From the NCBI GenBank assembly GCA_049513715.1, contig JBEKVV010000002.1, positions 128,001-192,000 on the forward strand: DNA of 64,000 nt. The letters are read 5' to 3'. The notes under the pieces were generated by a model. That model saw only the letters and a list, made by a program, of their open reading frames with translations, ran no database searches and was not told the DNA's origin. This document shows, piece by piece, positions 28,423 to 38,982 of this stretch. A program made the translations under genes and the position numbers. Positions within the stretch are counted from its first letter, which is position 1. Every line of letters starts with the position of its first letter. Origin of the DNA: Candidatus Bathyarchaeia archaeon. GTDB taxonomy: Archaea; Thermoproteota; Bathyarchaeia; 40CM-2-53-6.

Positions 28423-29685
28423 TCAGGAGACTAGCACCTTTACGTTGGAATCGGCCAGTTTGCGGGCATACGCCTCAATCTCCTTGGCCAATGTGTTAAT
28501 CTGCTCGTCGAGTTTGCGTTCGCTATCCCGCACTCGTTGGAGCTCTGCCTGCAACTCCTCCTTCAGGTTACGGGTTGCCCGGCCTTTCTTGAGTAATTCA
28601 CGGTATCTTTGTACGAGGCTGGATGTTTCAGCGTCAGCCAATTGGTCATCGTGAACGCGTTTGAGTTCCTTCGCTTGAGCGTGAATCTTTGCGAGAAGGT
28701 CCCCTGATACAACTTGCTCCGCTCGCTCAACGACTTTCTTCGCCTCGCGTTGCTTGAGCGCTAATTTGCCACTTGATACTGCCTTCGATAGAGCGGACAT
28801 TACGGCCTTCAGGCCTGGTAATCCGTCCTGCTCTTTCAGGAATGTGGCGAAAGGTTTCCTAGTGTACTCCTTGGCTCGTTCGCGGACTTCAATCGGAGTC
28901 GGGTATTCGCCGCGCTCGGATATTGACATGAGCCTCTTGAGTGGCCTCCCGAGCCTGCTGAACCCGGTTCTTAGCAGTTCGCTTCTGAGGTCGCGCAGTT
29001 GAGCGTCGATTTGCATGTAGTCTTTGATTTTCGGGTTCTGGCGTATTCTTACTGCCTCCTGCTTGAGCGAGTCTATCTCTGTTTGGGCTTCCTCAAGTTT
29101 CCCTTCAGCTGCGTTCTTCTGTGCAGTTATGGAATCACGTGTGCCCTGGACCCGGGTTAGTGATTCAATTCTTGTATCGAGGTCTTCTAGTGAGTGAAGG
29201 AGTGCGCCGCGGCCGATTAGGAATGTGTGGAGTTCGTCGCTGAGCCGCCGAACTTTGTCTATGTTGCCGCCTAGTGTCATCATGTCGAGGATGTAGTATG
29301 GCCTGATCTGGTGAAGCCATTCTTCTCTGACTCTAGCGGCCTCCGTGGCGAACTTCGATGTATCCCGCTGGAGGGCTCTGAGGCTGACCGTATCCTTCAC
29401 TACGGGAACATTGACGCCCGTGCATATCCCTGAGATGATGCTCGTCAGGCGTCCAACGGCCTTAGCCGCTCTATACTGTGCCCTATTGTCGCGCTTCGAT
29501 TCCATATCCTGTTCGGATTTGCGACCCAGTTGCGCGCAATATTCCGGGAGAGAAGTCAAGACGCGACTTGTCTCGGTCAAGAGTTTATCGCTCTCTCTTT
29601 CTACATGTGCAAGTTCGGATGAGATGGACTTCCGGACCCAGTCGCGTAGTTTGCTTACTGGAACTTGTTCGGTCATTGAGGACAC
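28423..29685 (-). CDS. Coiled-coil-rich hypothetical protein
   Basis: 420 aa, heptad-rich charged helices. Confidence 0.75.
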   Translation of the reverse strand: MSSMTEQVPVSKLRDWVRKSISSELAHVERESDKLLTETSRVLTSLPEYCAQLGRKSEQDMESKRDNRAQYRAAKAVGRLTSIISGICTGVNVPVVKDTVSLRALQRDTSKFATEAARVREEWLHQIRPYYILDMMTLGGNIDKVRRLSDELHTFLIGRGALLHSLEDLDTRIESLTRVQGTRDSITAQKNAAEGKLEEAQTEIDSLKQEAVRIRQNPKIKDYMQIDAQLRDLRSELLRTGFSRLGRPLKRLMSISERGEYPTPIEVRERAKEYTRKPFATFLKEQDGLPGLKAVMSALSKAVSSGKLALKQREAKKVVERAEQVVSGDLLAKIHAQAKELKRVHDDQLADAETSSLVQRYRELLKKGRATRNLKEELQAELQRVRDSERKLDEQINTLAKEIEAYARKLADSNVKVLVS

Positions 29686-29758
29686 TGAGGTCTGCGGATG
29701 AGAGTGGTCGCAGGTATGACCGTGTCTTTTGGGTATAAGTGGGTTGTTTTCGGGGAGC

Positions 29759-31474
29759 CTAACGGGCTTCTTCTCGCAACGTTATCAGAATCGTTTCCAT
29801 GGTTTCTTGCGCTCGGTCAATGCGCTTGTTTATGTCTTTGACCATGGAATCGTAGGTTTCCCGCGTGAACTTTGCAGCCCTGTATTGGCCCCTTATTTGA
29901 TTCATGCTTGCTCGTGAAGCGTCTATTTCGGCCTCTGCTCGGTCGATTCTGCGTATCAAATCCTCGTACCTTGAACTGATTCCGCGTAGCTCGCTCTTCA
30001 CTTCCATCAAGGATTTGTTCAATTCGTCGAGCCTTAGTTCCATCACTTTCGATCTCCTTCTAAACTCGTGCTTGACCAAGCTTCCCCTGCTCACGTCCTC
30101 ATCCATTATGACTAACTCTCGAGTCAATGCAAGCCTCTCGTCATAGAGGCCAACAAACTCTCGAAGCCTTTCAACGGGGATTGGGACTTCCACCTCAGGG
30201 CCGCGTTGGATTTTGAGGACCACCGCTGCTGCGAAGATGATTATTTCGAGCGCAAGTATCCAAGGTAAGACTGGGAAGGCTGCCCAGAATGCTGAGTAGC
30301 TGAATGTCAACCCGAACGAAAGGGGATTGAGGTCGGTGACTCTTTGAAGGTTAATCGTTCTGTCGTTCTGTCCGATTTGAATGGGGTTTGCAACGGGTGA
30401 TTGCGGGATCGTCTTCAACTCACTGAGTTTGAACCCGCTCGGCGCATCAATATTGACTGTTGCTTTGTCGAATATGAAGTCGTCTTGGTTGTTGAGAAAA
30501 CTCAGTGTGAGGTTGTAGGTTCCCCACCAGTTCAACTGTTTCAGGTACTTTGACTGTGGAAGGTTGTATGTTAGAGTGAAGTTGAATGATTCTTGCGTCC
30601 TGATGCCTGAGCCATACCTTGGTGACACTGTGACTTGTGCTGGGATGCCGGGGGTTTGGGGAGTAGTCCACAGGGCGCCAACCACGTCATACGCCATTAC
30701 ATTGTTCGCACCGTCGGGTAGGGTTATCGAAAAAGCTGTAACATCTGTCGAAGGGTTGTAGATGTAATACTGATCCTTCACGCGTAGTGAGCCGTCGTTG
30801 CCAATCATTATGTCTCGTTGCGCCCATCTTATGTTAAGGATGTCCTGGTTGACGGTGGCATAGGGCGCAACAAACTCTTCCTTCGAGTAGGCCTTCCATG
30901 GCGCATAATAGCGAACCGCAGCTGGGATACCCGCAACATCAGTTACTCCGTAGGTCGTGTTGAGGGGGAACTTGAAGTTGGACGCGGAGGCAGAGATGAA
31001 AGTGACGTTCGCCAGGTGTGCATCTTGCGTCAGAACGGGGGCCGCTGTAAAGTTAAACTCAAACCCACCTGAAACTGGGGTTATGACGTTTCCAAGAACT
31101 GACGATACTGTGAAGAAATATCTCTGTTCAGAGGTAAGGTCATTCGCGAAGTGGACCCGCATCATATAGAAGTCTGATGTCTGGTTCACGTCAGGATCTA
31201 TGGTAAGCTCGTGTCCTTGGTTGTCCTTTGCGTCAACGTAGTACACGTTGTTTTGGAATTTACGGGCAAAACCTACATCAAGGTATGAAACGGGTGTGGT
31301 TCCATTATTGAGTAACTTGAAGTCGTCGGTAACATGCACGACACCGTATTGCCCGCTCTTCATTGTGCGCACTATGTCTATGACGAGTTTAGGTTGATCT
31401 TGCGCATGAAGCGGAACCACAACCGTGGCGGCAACCATTAGCAATAGGAATGCTACGATGATTTTGGACTTCAA
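29759..31474 (-). CDS. Ribophorin I (Ost1)-like single-pass membrane protein
   Basis: Signal peptide; two beta-rich domains; AYDVVG...VSPRY...F.LTYNLP resembles RPN1 YRDEIGN...PRFP...YNLP; one TM; helical cytoplasmic tail. Confidence 0.6.
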   Translation of the reverse strand: MKSKIIVAFLLLMVAATVVVPLHAQDQPKLVIDIVRTMKSGQYGVVHVTDDFKLLNNGTTPVSYLDVGFARKFQNNVYYVDAKDNQGHELTIDPDVNQTSDFYMMRVHFANDLTSEQRYFFTVSSVLGNVITPVSGGFEFNFTAAPVLTQDAHLANVTFISASASNFKFPLNTTYGVTDVAGIPAAVRYYAPWKAYSKEEFVAPYATVNQDILNIRWAQRDIMIGNDGSLRVKDQYYIYNPSTDVTAFSITLPDGANNVMAYDVVGALWTTPQTPGIPAQVTVSPRYGSGIRTQESFNFTLTYNLPQSKYLKQLNWWGTYNLTLSFLNNQDDFIFDKATVNIDAPSGFKLSELKTIPQSPVANPIQIGQNDRTINLQRVTDLNPLSFGLTFSYSAFWAAFPVLPWILALEIIIFAAAVVLKIQRGPEVEVPIPVERLREFVGLYDERLALTRELVIMDEDVSRGSLVKHEFRRRSKVMELRLDELNKSLMEVKSELRGISSRYEDLIRRIDRAEAEIDASRASMNQIRGQYRAAKFTRETYDSMVKDINKRIDRAQETMETILITLREEAR

Positions 31475-31576
31475 CCTCAGCTTAGCTCCGCTTTCATCGG
31501 GTTACCGCGATTAGACTGCCCCGTCAATGCGAAGTTCAATATTTATTCATTCTGCTAAGGCCGGGCACTATCAAAA

Positions 31577-32356
31577 TCACAAGAATTTCGAGCGCCAGTC
31601 ATCAGGGACATCCCGCAGCTTCTTTGCAGGGATTCCAACGAAAACTGTTTTGGGCGGAACATCCGAGTTGACCATGGCTTGGGATCCGATAACCGCACCT
31701 TCACCGACCGTCACACCTGGGAACAGGAGTGCATTGGCGCCGATGCTTGCCCCTTTCTTGACTGTCGGTCCAACCAACCTGAAGGGCTTTTGGGCAACAT
31801 ACTTGTCGTTTGTGAAAACGCAACAGGGACCCAGAAAAACAGCGTCTTCGACCGTGGAAAAAGTGCATATGTAGACGCCCGTCTGAACGGAGACTTTGGC
31901 GCCTATCTTACTCCACCCGTCCACCACGGTGTTCGTTCCGAGCTTTGACCCACTCCCAATGCTCACTTCCTCTCTAACCATGACGTTGTGGCCGAACTGG
32001 ACGCCGTCGCCAACATTGACGTTCGAGTAGATTGTACTGCCGGATCTCACGATGCACTCTTCACCAATCGTAGTTAGTTTCTTCTTCACCGTACGTCCCT
32101 GGGTTCGAATATCGTTGAGTTCTTCGAGGGTCGGAGATCCAACAACGCAATTCGGTCCAATGTAGGTGCGCCGACCAATAGTCACAGGGCCCAAGATGAC
32201 TGCGTTCGAATCGATAATGACTCCTTCACCTGCTCTTACTTCGCCGGTCAACCTAGCACCACCGCGGATTTCTGTACCGGCAGCAAGGAGTTGTGCGTTC
32301 TCGACAGAGGCGGTTAGGTCTTTCTTCCGTGAACTCAACAGGATCGCCATCGCCAC
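31577..32356 (-). CDS. Hexapeptide-repeat N-acetyltransferase (WbpD/WxcM-like)
   Basis: Left-handed beta-helix repeats, FLGP..VFTND, GASIGANA...PG, G.PAK. Confidence 0.88.
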   Translation of the reverse strand: MAMAILLSSRKKDLTASVENAQLLAAGTEIRGGARLTGEVRAGEGVIIDSNAVILGPVTIGRRTYIGPNCVVGSPTLEELNDIRTQGRTVKKKLTTIGEECIVRSGSTIYSNVNVGDGVQFGHNVMVREEVSIGSGSKLGTNTVVDGWSKIGAKVSVQTGVYICTFSTVEDAVFLGPCCVFTNDKYVAQKPFRLVGPTVKKGASIGANALLFPGVTVGEGAVIGSQAMVNSDVPPKTVFVGIPAKKLRDVPDDWRSKFL

Positions 32357-32466
32357 AATAGCCGGAGCAGGCGCTTAATTCACTTTATGAGAGAAGTTGT
32401 TCCCACCATGCTTCACGAACCATAACTGAATAATATGAACCTCCCATAACAACTCGCGCCATAGGT

Positions 32467-33864
32467 GTGGCAGCTTTGCCGAAAGCACATCCCTACATTC
32501 CGAACAGCAACGACGCGATAGCGCACCAGATGCTCAGCGAAATTGGTGTCGCTTCAGTGGAGGAATTGTTCAAGGATATCCCTTCCGCGATACGGTCAAA
32601 GGCAGGTCTGACGATTCCGCCCAAGATGTCGGAGATGGAGGTTCGGCGACATGTTGAAAACCTCCTTAGCAAAAACCGCTCGACACGGGATTTTCTATCA
32701 TTCCTCGGCGCTGGTGTCTGGCCTCACCACATACCCGCGGCTGTTGATGCAATTGTCAACAGAAGCGAATTCCTAACCTCCTACACGCCCTACCAGCCCG
32801 AAATATCTCAGGGAATGCTCCAATCGATGTTCGAATACCAGAGTTTGGTATGCGAACTGACAGCAATGGAATACGCGAACAGTTCGATGTATGACTGGTC
32901 AACTGCTCTAGGTGAAGCTGCAAGGATGACTGTTCGCCTTACAGGCCGGAATGAATTCATCGTTCCGCATTACATTCACCCAGAGAGACTCTCAACGTTG
33001 AGAGTCTTCACCGAACCCGCGGACATCAAGATCGTTGAAGTCGCCCAAGACAGGAAGACCGGCATGATCGATCTTACAGATTTGAAAAAGAAGCTTGGTC
33101 CGAAAACAGCGGGGGTGTATCTGGAATACCCCTCCTTTTTGGGTTTCGTTGAAGAGGCAGCAGACAACATAGGCCAAATGGTTCACGGGAACGGGTCCCT
33201 CTTCGTCGTTGGCGTTGAACCCGTCTCCCTTGGCGCCCTAAAGCCCCCGGGCGAATTTGGGGTCGACATTGTTGTGGGTGAGGGCCAACCCCTGGGAAGC
33301 CACATGAATTACGGCGGGCCTCTCCTCGGGATCTTCGCCTGCAGAGGCGATACCTTACTCCGACAGATGCCGGGACGAATCATTGGAAAAACAACCACTC
33401 AAGACGGGAAACAGGACGCATACTGCATGGCCCTCCAGACCCGTGAACAACATATCCGAAGAGAGAAGGCAACTTCAAACATTTGCACTAATGAGGCCTT
33501 GTTGGCGCTGGCAGCATCAACCTACCTCTCCCTAATGGGGCCAAAAGGGATCGAAGACCTTTGCTCAACAATCATGGACCGCTGCCAATACGCAACAACA
33601 AAGCTTCAGGAAATCCAAGGAATAACCGCTCCCTCCTTTGATGCGTTCCACTTCATGGAGTTCACTGTGAATTTCGACAAGACCAGGATGAAAGTTTCCG
33701 AGATAAATGAGGGATTACTGAAAGAGAGCATCCAAGGTGGCTTGGATGTTGGGAGATATTTCCCTGAACTAGGCGAAACCGCTCTCTACTGTTTCACTGA
33801 GATTCACAGTCGCGCCGACATTGACACGCTGGCAGACAAACTACGTCAAATCGTGGGGGCGTGA
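32467..33864 (+). CDS. gcvPA: Glycine dehydrogenase (decarboxylating) subunit 1
   Basis: SFLGAG, YTPYQPEISQG, TREQHIRREKATSNICTN. Confidence 0.96.
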   Translation: MAALPKAHPYIPNSNDAIAHQMLSEIGVASVEELFKDIPSAIRSKAGLTIPPKMSEMEVRRHVENLLSKNRSTRDFLSFLGAGVWPHHIPAAVDAIVNRSEFLTSYTPYQPEISQGMLQSMFEYQSLVCELTAMEYANSSMYDWSTALGEAARMTVRLTGRNEFIVPHYIHPERLSTLRVFTEPADIKIVEVAQDRKTGMIDLTDLKKKLGPKTAGVYLEYPSFLGFVEEAADNIGQMVHGNGSLFVVGVEPVSLGALKPPGEFGVDIVVGEGQPLGSHMNYGGPLLGIFACRGDTLLRQMPGRIIGKTTTQDGKQDAYCMALQTREQHIRREKATSNICTNEALLALAASTYLSLMGPKGIEDLCSTIMDRCQYATTKLQEIQGITAPSFDAFHFMEFTVNFDKTRMKVSEINEGLLKESIQGGLDVGRYFPELGETALYCFTEIHSRADIDTLADKLRQIVGA

Positions 33865-33869
33865 GAAGA

Positions 33870-35363
33870 ATGGCATTTGCCCAAGCCAGATGGAACGAAC
33901 CTTTAATCATCCAACTGTCCCACAAAGGCAAAGTGGGATTTCACGAGTCACACCCCACCAGCAAACTAGGATCAATTCCTCAACAAATCCGGCGCACAAA
34001 CCCACCGCAGTTGCCCGAAGTCTCCGAAATTGAGGTCATCAGGCATTACACTAGACTCTCGCAGGAGAACTTCGGTGTCGACCTGGGAATCTACCCCCTA
34101 GGAAGCTGCACTATGAAGTACAACCCCAAGATCTGCGATGCAATCGCAGCCTCTGACAAGATTGCGGATGTGCACCCGTACCAGGATCAGAAAACTGTCC
34201 AAGGGATTCTGCAAATAATGTACGAGACAGCTGGTTTTCTCGCAGACATCGTCGGAATGGATAAGATAACGCTGCAGCCAGCCGCTGGCGCGCACGGCGA
34301 ATACACAGGTGTCATGTTGATTCGGGCCTATCACCACGGTAAGGGAGACCAGGATCGCGACGAAATCATCGTCCCCGATTCGGCACATGGGACAAATCCT
34401 GCAAGCGCGGCAATGGCCGGCTACAAGGTAGTTGAAGTTCCTTCAGATTCGCAAGGCTGCGTTGACAAGGAGGCACTGAAAAGCGCGGTTGGCCCACAGA
34501 CCGCGGGGTTGATGATAACTAACCCAAATACGCTCGGCATCTTTGAACGAGACATATTGGAGATCGCGGGAACCGTTCACGACGCTGGAGGCTTACTCTA
34601 CTATGACGGCGCGAACCTCAACGCGATCATGGGCAAGGCCAAGCCGGGGAATATGGGCTTCGACGTAGTTCACATAAACCTTCACAAAACCTTCGCAACC
34701 CCCCATGGCGGAGGCGGGCCGGGAGCCGGCCCAGTCGGTGTGACCAAACGCTTGGCTGGCTTCCTCCCTGTTCCCACAATCGAATTCGACGGTCACAAAT
34801 ACTACTTGGACTACGACCGACCCAAGAGCATTGGCAAGGTCAGGGCTTTTCAGGGGAGCGCGGCCGTCATTCTCCGAGCCTACGTCTACATCCTGTTGCA
34901 TGGGAAGGAAGGGTTGGAGACGGCCTCCGAGATAGCTGTTCTCAATGCGAATTACATGGCACAGAAACTTAGGAAAGTTCGAGGCTTCTCTCTCCCGTAC
35001 GCTGAAGGGATTCCGAGAAAGCACGAGTTCGTTCTATCTGCGTCAACATTGGCGAAGGAAACTGGTGTTACTGCTTTGCAGGTCGGCAAGCGATTGCTTG
35101 ACTTTGGCGTCCACCCACCAACAATCTACTTCCCATTGATTGTTGAAGAGGCAATGATGACCGAGCCTACCGAAACTGTGGGCAGGCAGGAACTCGACAA
35201 AATGATTCAAGCCTTCGAAACAATAAGCCAAGAAGCCTACGGGAAATCAAATCAGCCTGCGACGAGCCCTCACTCAACCAGCGTGACGAGAATCGATGAG
35301 GCTCGGGCGAATAGGCCGAAGACGATACAGCTGAATTGGAGAAAGACCCTCGCGAGCAATTGA
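33870..35363 (+). CDS. gcvPB: Glycine dehydrogenase (decarboxylating) subunit 2
   Basis: YPLGSCTMKYNP, SAHGTNPASA, HINLHKTF.TPHGGGGPG. Confidence 0.96.
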   Translation: MAFAQARWNEPLIIQLSHKGKVGFHESHPTSKLGSIPQQIRRTNPPQLPEVSEIEVIRHYTRLSQENFGVDLGIYPLGSCTMKYNPKICDAIAASDKIADVHPYQDQKTVQGILQIMYETAGFLADIVGMDKITLQPAAGAHGEYTGVMLIRAYHHGKGDQDRDEIIVPDSAHGTNPASAAMAGYKVVEVPSDSQGCVDKEALKSAVGPQTAGLMITNPNTLGIFERDILEIAGTVHDAGGLLYYDGANLNAIMGKAKPGNMGFDVVHINLHKTFATPHGGGGPGAGPVGVTKRLAGFLPVPTIEFDGHKYYLDYDRPKSIGKVRAFQGSAAVILRAYVYILLHGKEGLETASEIAVLNANYMAQKLRKVRGFSLPYAEGIPRKHEFVLSASTLAKETGVTALQVGKRLLDFGVHPPTIYFPLIVEEAMMTEPTETVGRQELDKMIQAFETISQEAYGKSNQPATSPHSTSVTRIDEARANRPKTIQLNWRKTLASN

Positions 35364-35403
35364 ACCAATAGCGGAGAGCGTGGGTAGGAGAGAGATTCGC
35401 AAG

Positions 35404-35691
35404 ATGAAGGTCAAAGCTCAGTATTTCGCTTCTCTAAGGGAACTCCTTGGTCTTCGGGAAGAGGTGCTGGATGTGCAGAACGATATCGATGTGACGGGGT
35501 TGCTGGAATTCTTAGCCGAACGGCACGGCCCCAAGCTGAAGACATACCTCTTCGACGCGAACACCGGAACCCCCAAACAATACCTTCAGTTCATTATTGA
35601 TGGGTCATCCATATCGAGCCTCCAAGGGTTCGCGACGAAACTCAGCGACGGGTCAACCTTTGCCGTAATCCCGCCTGTCGGAGGAGGATGA
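35404..35691 (+). CDS. MoaD/SAMP ubiquitin-like protein
   Basis: YFASLRE, C-terminal PPVGGG. Confidence 0.9.
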   Translation: MKVKAQYFASLRELLGLREEVLDVQNDIDVTGLLEFLAERHGPKLKTYLFDANTGTPKQYLQFIIDGSSISSLQGFATKLSDGSTFAVIPPVGGG

Positions 35692-36193
35692 CAAGAAGAA
35701 TTCTTGCAGAATGTGCTGTGATGGAGTTCACATGACGTAACGCGCACGTGCCGATCTTATGCCATGTTTCTTGGCCACGAGCCCCAAAACAGCACCAAAC
35801 TGCCGAACGAAACACGAAACATGCTTGTCCGCAGCTCTAGCTTTCTATTTTCACCCGCCACCATGCTCGCTGAGGCATTGTCGTGATTGTTCCAGTGCAC
35901 ATGGCAGAATTGTCAGCAAGATGACATGTGCTTGCCAATGGCCTTCAGAGAGAAATGCACTCCGCGCCCGCATTTCCCTGCCCAATCAAAGTCCAGTGAG
36001 TTGTTGTGTTTGCTTCAATGGTGTTTCTTTAACTCGACTTGTGCCGCGTTGCGGCTCTGGTTCGTAGCTTGGCATCCACGTGTGAGTGCGCCAGCCGTAT
36101 TCTGAGATTTTCCTTCGTGAGAGCTTTACGTGAAGTTGTGAGGGTGCCGGAAAAACAAGGTTCTGATGACTCCTCCACCGATTCCTGTAGCAG

Positions 36194-36931
36194 ATGAAAA
36201 GTATGCGAACAATGTTGCTATTGACAATCTGCCTTCTATCAGTGATTCTACCGATTTCGACTACGACTATGGTCTTGGCTCAAACCCATCGCCAAGCTTT
36301 GATCTTGTCCTCCGTCGAGAAGACTGATCCTTTCGATATGAGGAGCAATGTCGAATCAAGCTTGACGAGCATAGGCTACCAAGTAACTTACTTGCACGAC
36401 ACAGAGGTCACACTCGACGTTCTATTGAACCAGCTCGGCAATTATGATGTAGTGTTTTGGAGAACGGACGGCTACGCGAGGCTTGACCATGCAACCTACT
36501 TCTTTGTTGGAGAGTATAGCAGCCCAGCCGCGGTCGCCCCCTACGCAGCAGATCTCGCTACGGGAACGTTGGACAACTCACTTGGACTTCTTGGCATCAA
36601 CAGCAACTTTCTGCGCGCCCACCTTGGACCGAACTCCCTCAGCCGCATCAAATTGATGGTGCTGATAACGGGCAATCTGGGCGATTTCGCCAAGACAATG
36701 CTAAGTCTAGGTGTCACAGCAGTAGTAAACACATACGGCTACTTCGCGTTCACCATAGTTGACCCCGCAGTGGCTCAAGTCTTCTCCTACCTTGCACAGG
36801 GCTTAACTGTACGCCAATCAGTGATGAAGTTGCTGAACCCGTTCTACGCCTACCTTGTTGGGAGCGAAATCAACCAAGCCGAGTTTCCGCCGATCTGGTA
36901 CAGCGGAGATTCGACCATAACCATCTCGTAA
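36194..36931 (+). CDS. Secreted hypothetical protein
   Basis: Sec-type signal; alpha/beta pattern ALILSS, YDVVFWRT. Confidence 0.75.
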   Translation: MKSMRTMLLLTICLLSVILPISTTTMVLAQTHRQALILSSVEKTDPFDMRSNVESSLTSIGYQVTYLHDTEVTLDVLLNQLGNYDVVFWRTDGYARLDHATYFFVGEYSSPAAVAPYAADLATGTLDNSLGLLGINSNFLRAHLGPNSLSRIKLMVLITGNLGDFAKTMLSLGVTAVVNTYGYFAFTIVDPAVAQVFSYLAQGLTVRQSVMKLLNPFYAYLVGSEINQAEFPPIWYSGDSTITIS

Positions 36932-36960
36932 CAGCAAGACTAAGACAACTACCCTCCCAG

Positions 36961-37007
36961 CTTTTCTTTTTTCACGGCCGCGGAGCAGTGGTCCGCGGTT
37001 ATTTTTT
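36961..37007 (+). terminator. T-rich tracts with a GC hairpin
   Basis: CTTTTCTTTTTT, then CCGCGGA-N7-TCCGCGG (36978-36998), then TTATTTTTT. Confidence 0.5.
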
Positions 37008-37264
37008 AAGGCGCAGCAACATGGACGAACAGAGTGTTATTCCGCGGACTCACGTTGTGCCTACTCTTGAGCATTATCGTAGCAATCAGAATTAACACGC
37101 CATGAAATCTTTCGTACTTTGTGGAAAGAAAACATCGCTCAAATTCTACAAACGCCCACTCGAACCGTTCCCGGACGAGGGTAATGGCGTTTCAGACGTA
37201 ATAGGCACTTGAGCGGACTCGCCTAGGTTGAGCATCGAACCCTCGTTACTGGTTAGAAGGTGGA

Positions 37265-38350
37265 TTGTCCACGACGAGTTCCCTTCAGGAAAAGTTACGG
37301 CCAGAGCCCGATTACGGTTACCGAGCCCTAGCCATGGGTTTTGGAGGAGCCGGCAATGATGCTTTGACCCACCTGATGGACGCAGGCGTCAAAGGGATTC
37401 ACTGCGTTGCCGCAGATACAGATCGGTATCATCTCCACATAACCAAGGCACATTCCAAGATCCTTTTGGATGCAGCGCCAGGAACTGATGGTGGGACGAG
37501 AGGGAATGTGGACGTCGGCAAGCAAGCCGCGATGGGTGCTCTTCCAAGGATCAAAAGCGCGGTGGACGGAGTGGACTTGGTTTTCATTCTTGCAGGCATG
37601 GGTGGCGGAACCGGAGGAGGGGCAGCCCCAGTGGCTGCGGAACTTGCCCGTGAAAGCGGTGCCCTTGTTGTAGGATTGGTGACGAAACCGTTCTTCCCTG
37701 AAAGAGTCGACTTGGCCGTGGATAGCCTTAGAGCTCTGCTGAGAACATGTGACACTGTAGTTCTAGTTGACAATCACGGCGCGGGGGCAGCATCGCATGC
37801 GCTACCCTTCCCGTTTGATCTGGATACTGCTGGGCAAACGACTTGTTCACTAGTATCATCGATTACCCGCAGCTTTCACAATCCGAGCAGCTTAAGCTCC
37901 GACATTAGCGATCTTCGAGAAATGCTGAGGCAAGGCGGACTAGCGAAGGCTGGTGTGAGCGACTGGTGCTCCTGCGGCGGCGTCGAAGAAGCGGCTCTGA
38001 CAGCGATTAGGGATATTGTTCCTCACTGCGATCTTGCAAAGGTCGATGGTGTTTTCCTCGGCATATTGGGTGATGGTGGTCTTCACGAATCAGACCTCGC
38101 TCCAACTCTGGAATTGGTTTCTCGGAGGATTAATCCTGACGCTGACTTTCTCTATGCGCATCATGTGGAACACGATGGGCTGGGGCTGACGAGAATCAGC
38201 CTTCTCGCCACGGGCGTTTCATTTCCGTACACTTGGGGTGGATACCGGCGCGTTCCGGCTGAGATCTTTGAGATGGAGCCAGAATCTGGCAACGATGACC
38301 GCCTCAGCATTAAACTAGAAATGCCCCAGCTCGAGGCGTTATTAGACTAA
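37265..38350 (+). CDS. ftsZ: Divergent FtsZ paralog
   Basis: GFGGAGN, AGMGGGTGGGAAP, VTKPF, VDN; T7 loop degenerate (SSDISD). Confidence 0.8.
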   Translation: MSTTSSLQEKLRPEPDYGYRALAMGFGGAGNDALTHLMDAGVKGIHCVAADTDRYHLHITKAHSKILLDAAPGTDGGTRGNVDVGKQAAMGALPRIKSAVDGVDLVFILAGMGGGTGGGAAPVAAELARESGALVVGLVTKPFFPERVDLAVDSLRALLRTCDTVVLVDNHGAGAASHALPFPFDLDTAGQTTCSLVSSITRSFHNPSSLSSDISDLREMLRQGGLAKAGVSDWCSCGGVEEAALTAIRDIVPHCDLAKVDGVFLGILGDGGLHESDLAPTLELVSRRINPDADFLYAHHVEHDGLGLTRISLLATGVSFPYTWGGYRRVPAEIFEMEPESGNDDRLSIKLEMPQLEALLD

Positions 38351-38973
38351 GTGAACTTGAACTTCAGCTTACGCAACTTGTTAACTGCTGACGTTGCATG
38401 GCCTTCGGGACGCACTCGACCCATTCTAATCGCGCCAAGCACATCTTTCACATCTCGACTTGTTGAATCCACGACCGTGTACGCGTCCCCAATTGATTGT
38501 GGTATGTGGGAATCGCTTCCACCCACTTGCGGGAGTCCTAACCTCCGCGCGTCCCTCTCAGCAAACCAGTTCGAAAGGTAAAACGAGAGCGCGTCCGCGT
38601 TCATGGTTTCAACCGCGTCCGGCATCACCTTCAATCGCGCCAGTTTAACACACTCACATACGGGGTCGTATGGGTGAGGAACAATTGCGATGCCCCCAAG
38701 TTCATGGATCCTCGTAATGGTTTCATCCGCCGTAAGCCCCGGTGGAACAGCTTCTCCAACCCCGAGTCCTATGACATGGCCGTCGCTGGTGCTCACTTCA
38801 ATACCGGGTAGAATAAGGGCGTCAACTTTCGGCGGGTCAAAGTTATCGTGCTCAGTGACGGCTACGCCGTCCAATCCTTTTCGTCTGATTATGCCCGGCA
38901 AGTCCTCAATTTTCGTGTGCGCATCCTTTGAGCGAATCGTGTGAACGTGCATGTCAATCTTCAGAAGTGGCAT
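38347..38973 (-). CDS. PHP-domain metal-dependent phosphoesterase
   Basis: DMHVHT, TEHD, GIEVST..GH, PHP, GGSDSH. Confidence 0.9.
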   Translation of the reverse strand: MPLLKIDMHVHTIRSKDAHTKIEDLPGIIRRKGLDGVAVTEHDNFDPPKVDALILPGIEVSTSDGHVIGLGVGEAVPPGLTADETITRIHELGGIAIVPHPYDPVCECVKLARLKVMPDAVETMNADALSFYLSNWFAERDARRLGLPQVGGSDSHIPQSIGDAYTVVDSTSRDVKDVLGAIRMGRVRPEGHATSAVNKLRKLKFKFT

Positions 38974-38982
38974 TATCCGACC

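Noticed and set aside
35759..36105. Two Cys-rich ORFs as possible RiPP precursors or metallothioneins
   Set aside because: They overlap each other, lack an SD and regular Cys spacing, and have no modifying enzymes nearby.
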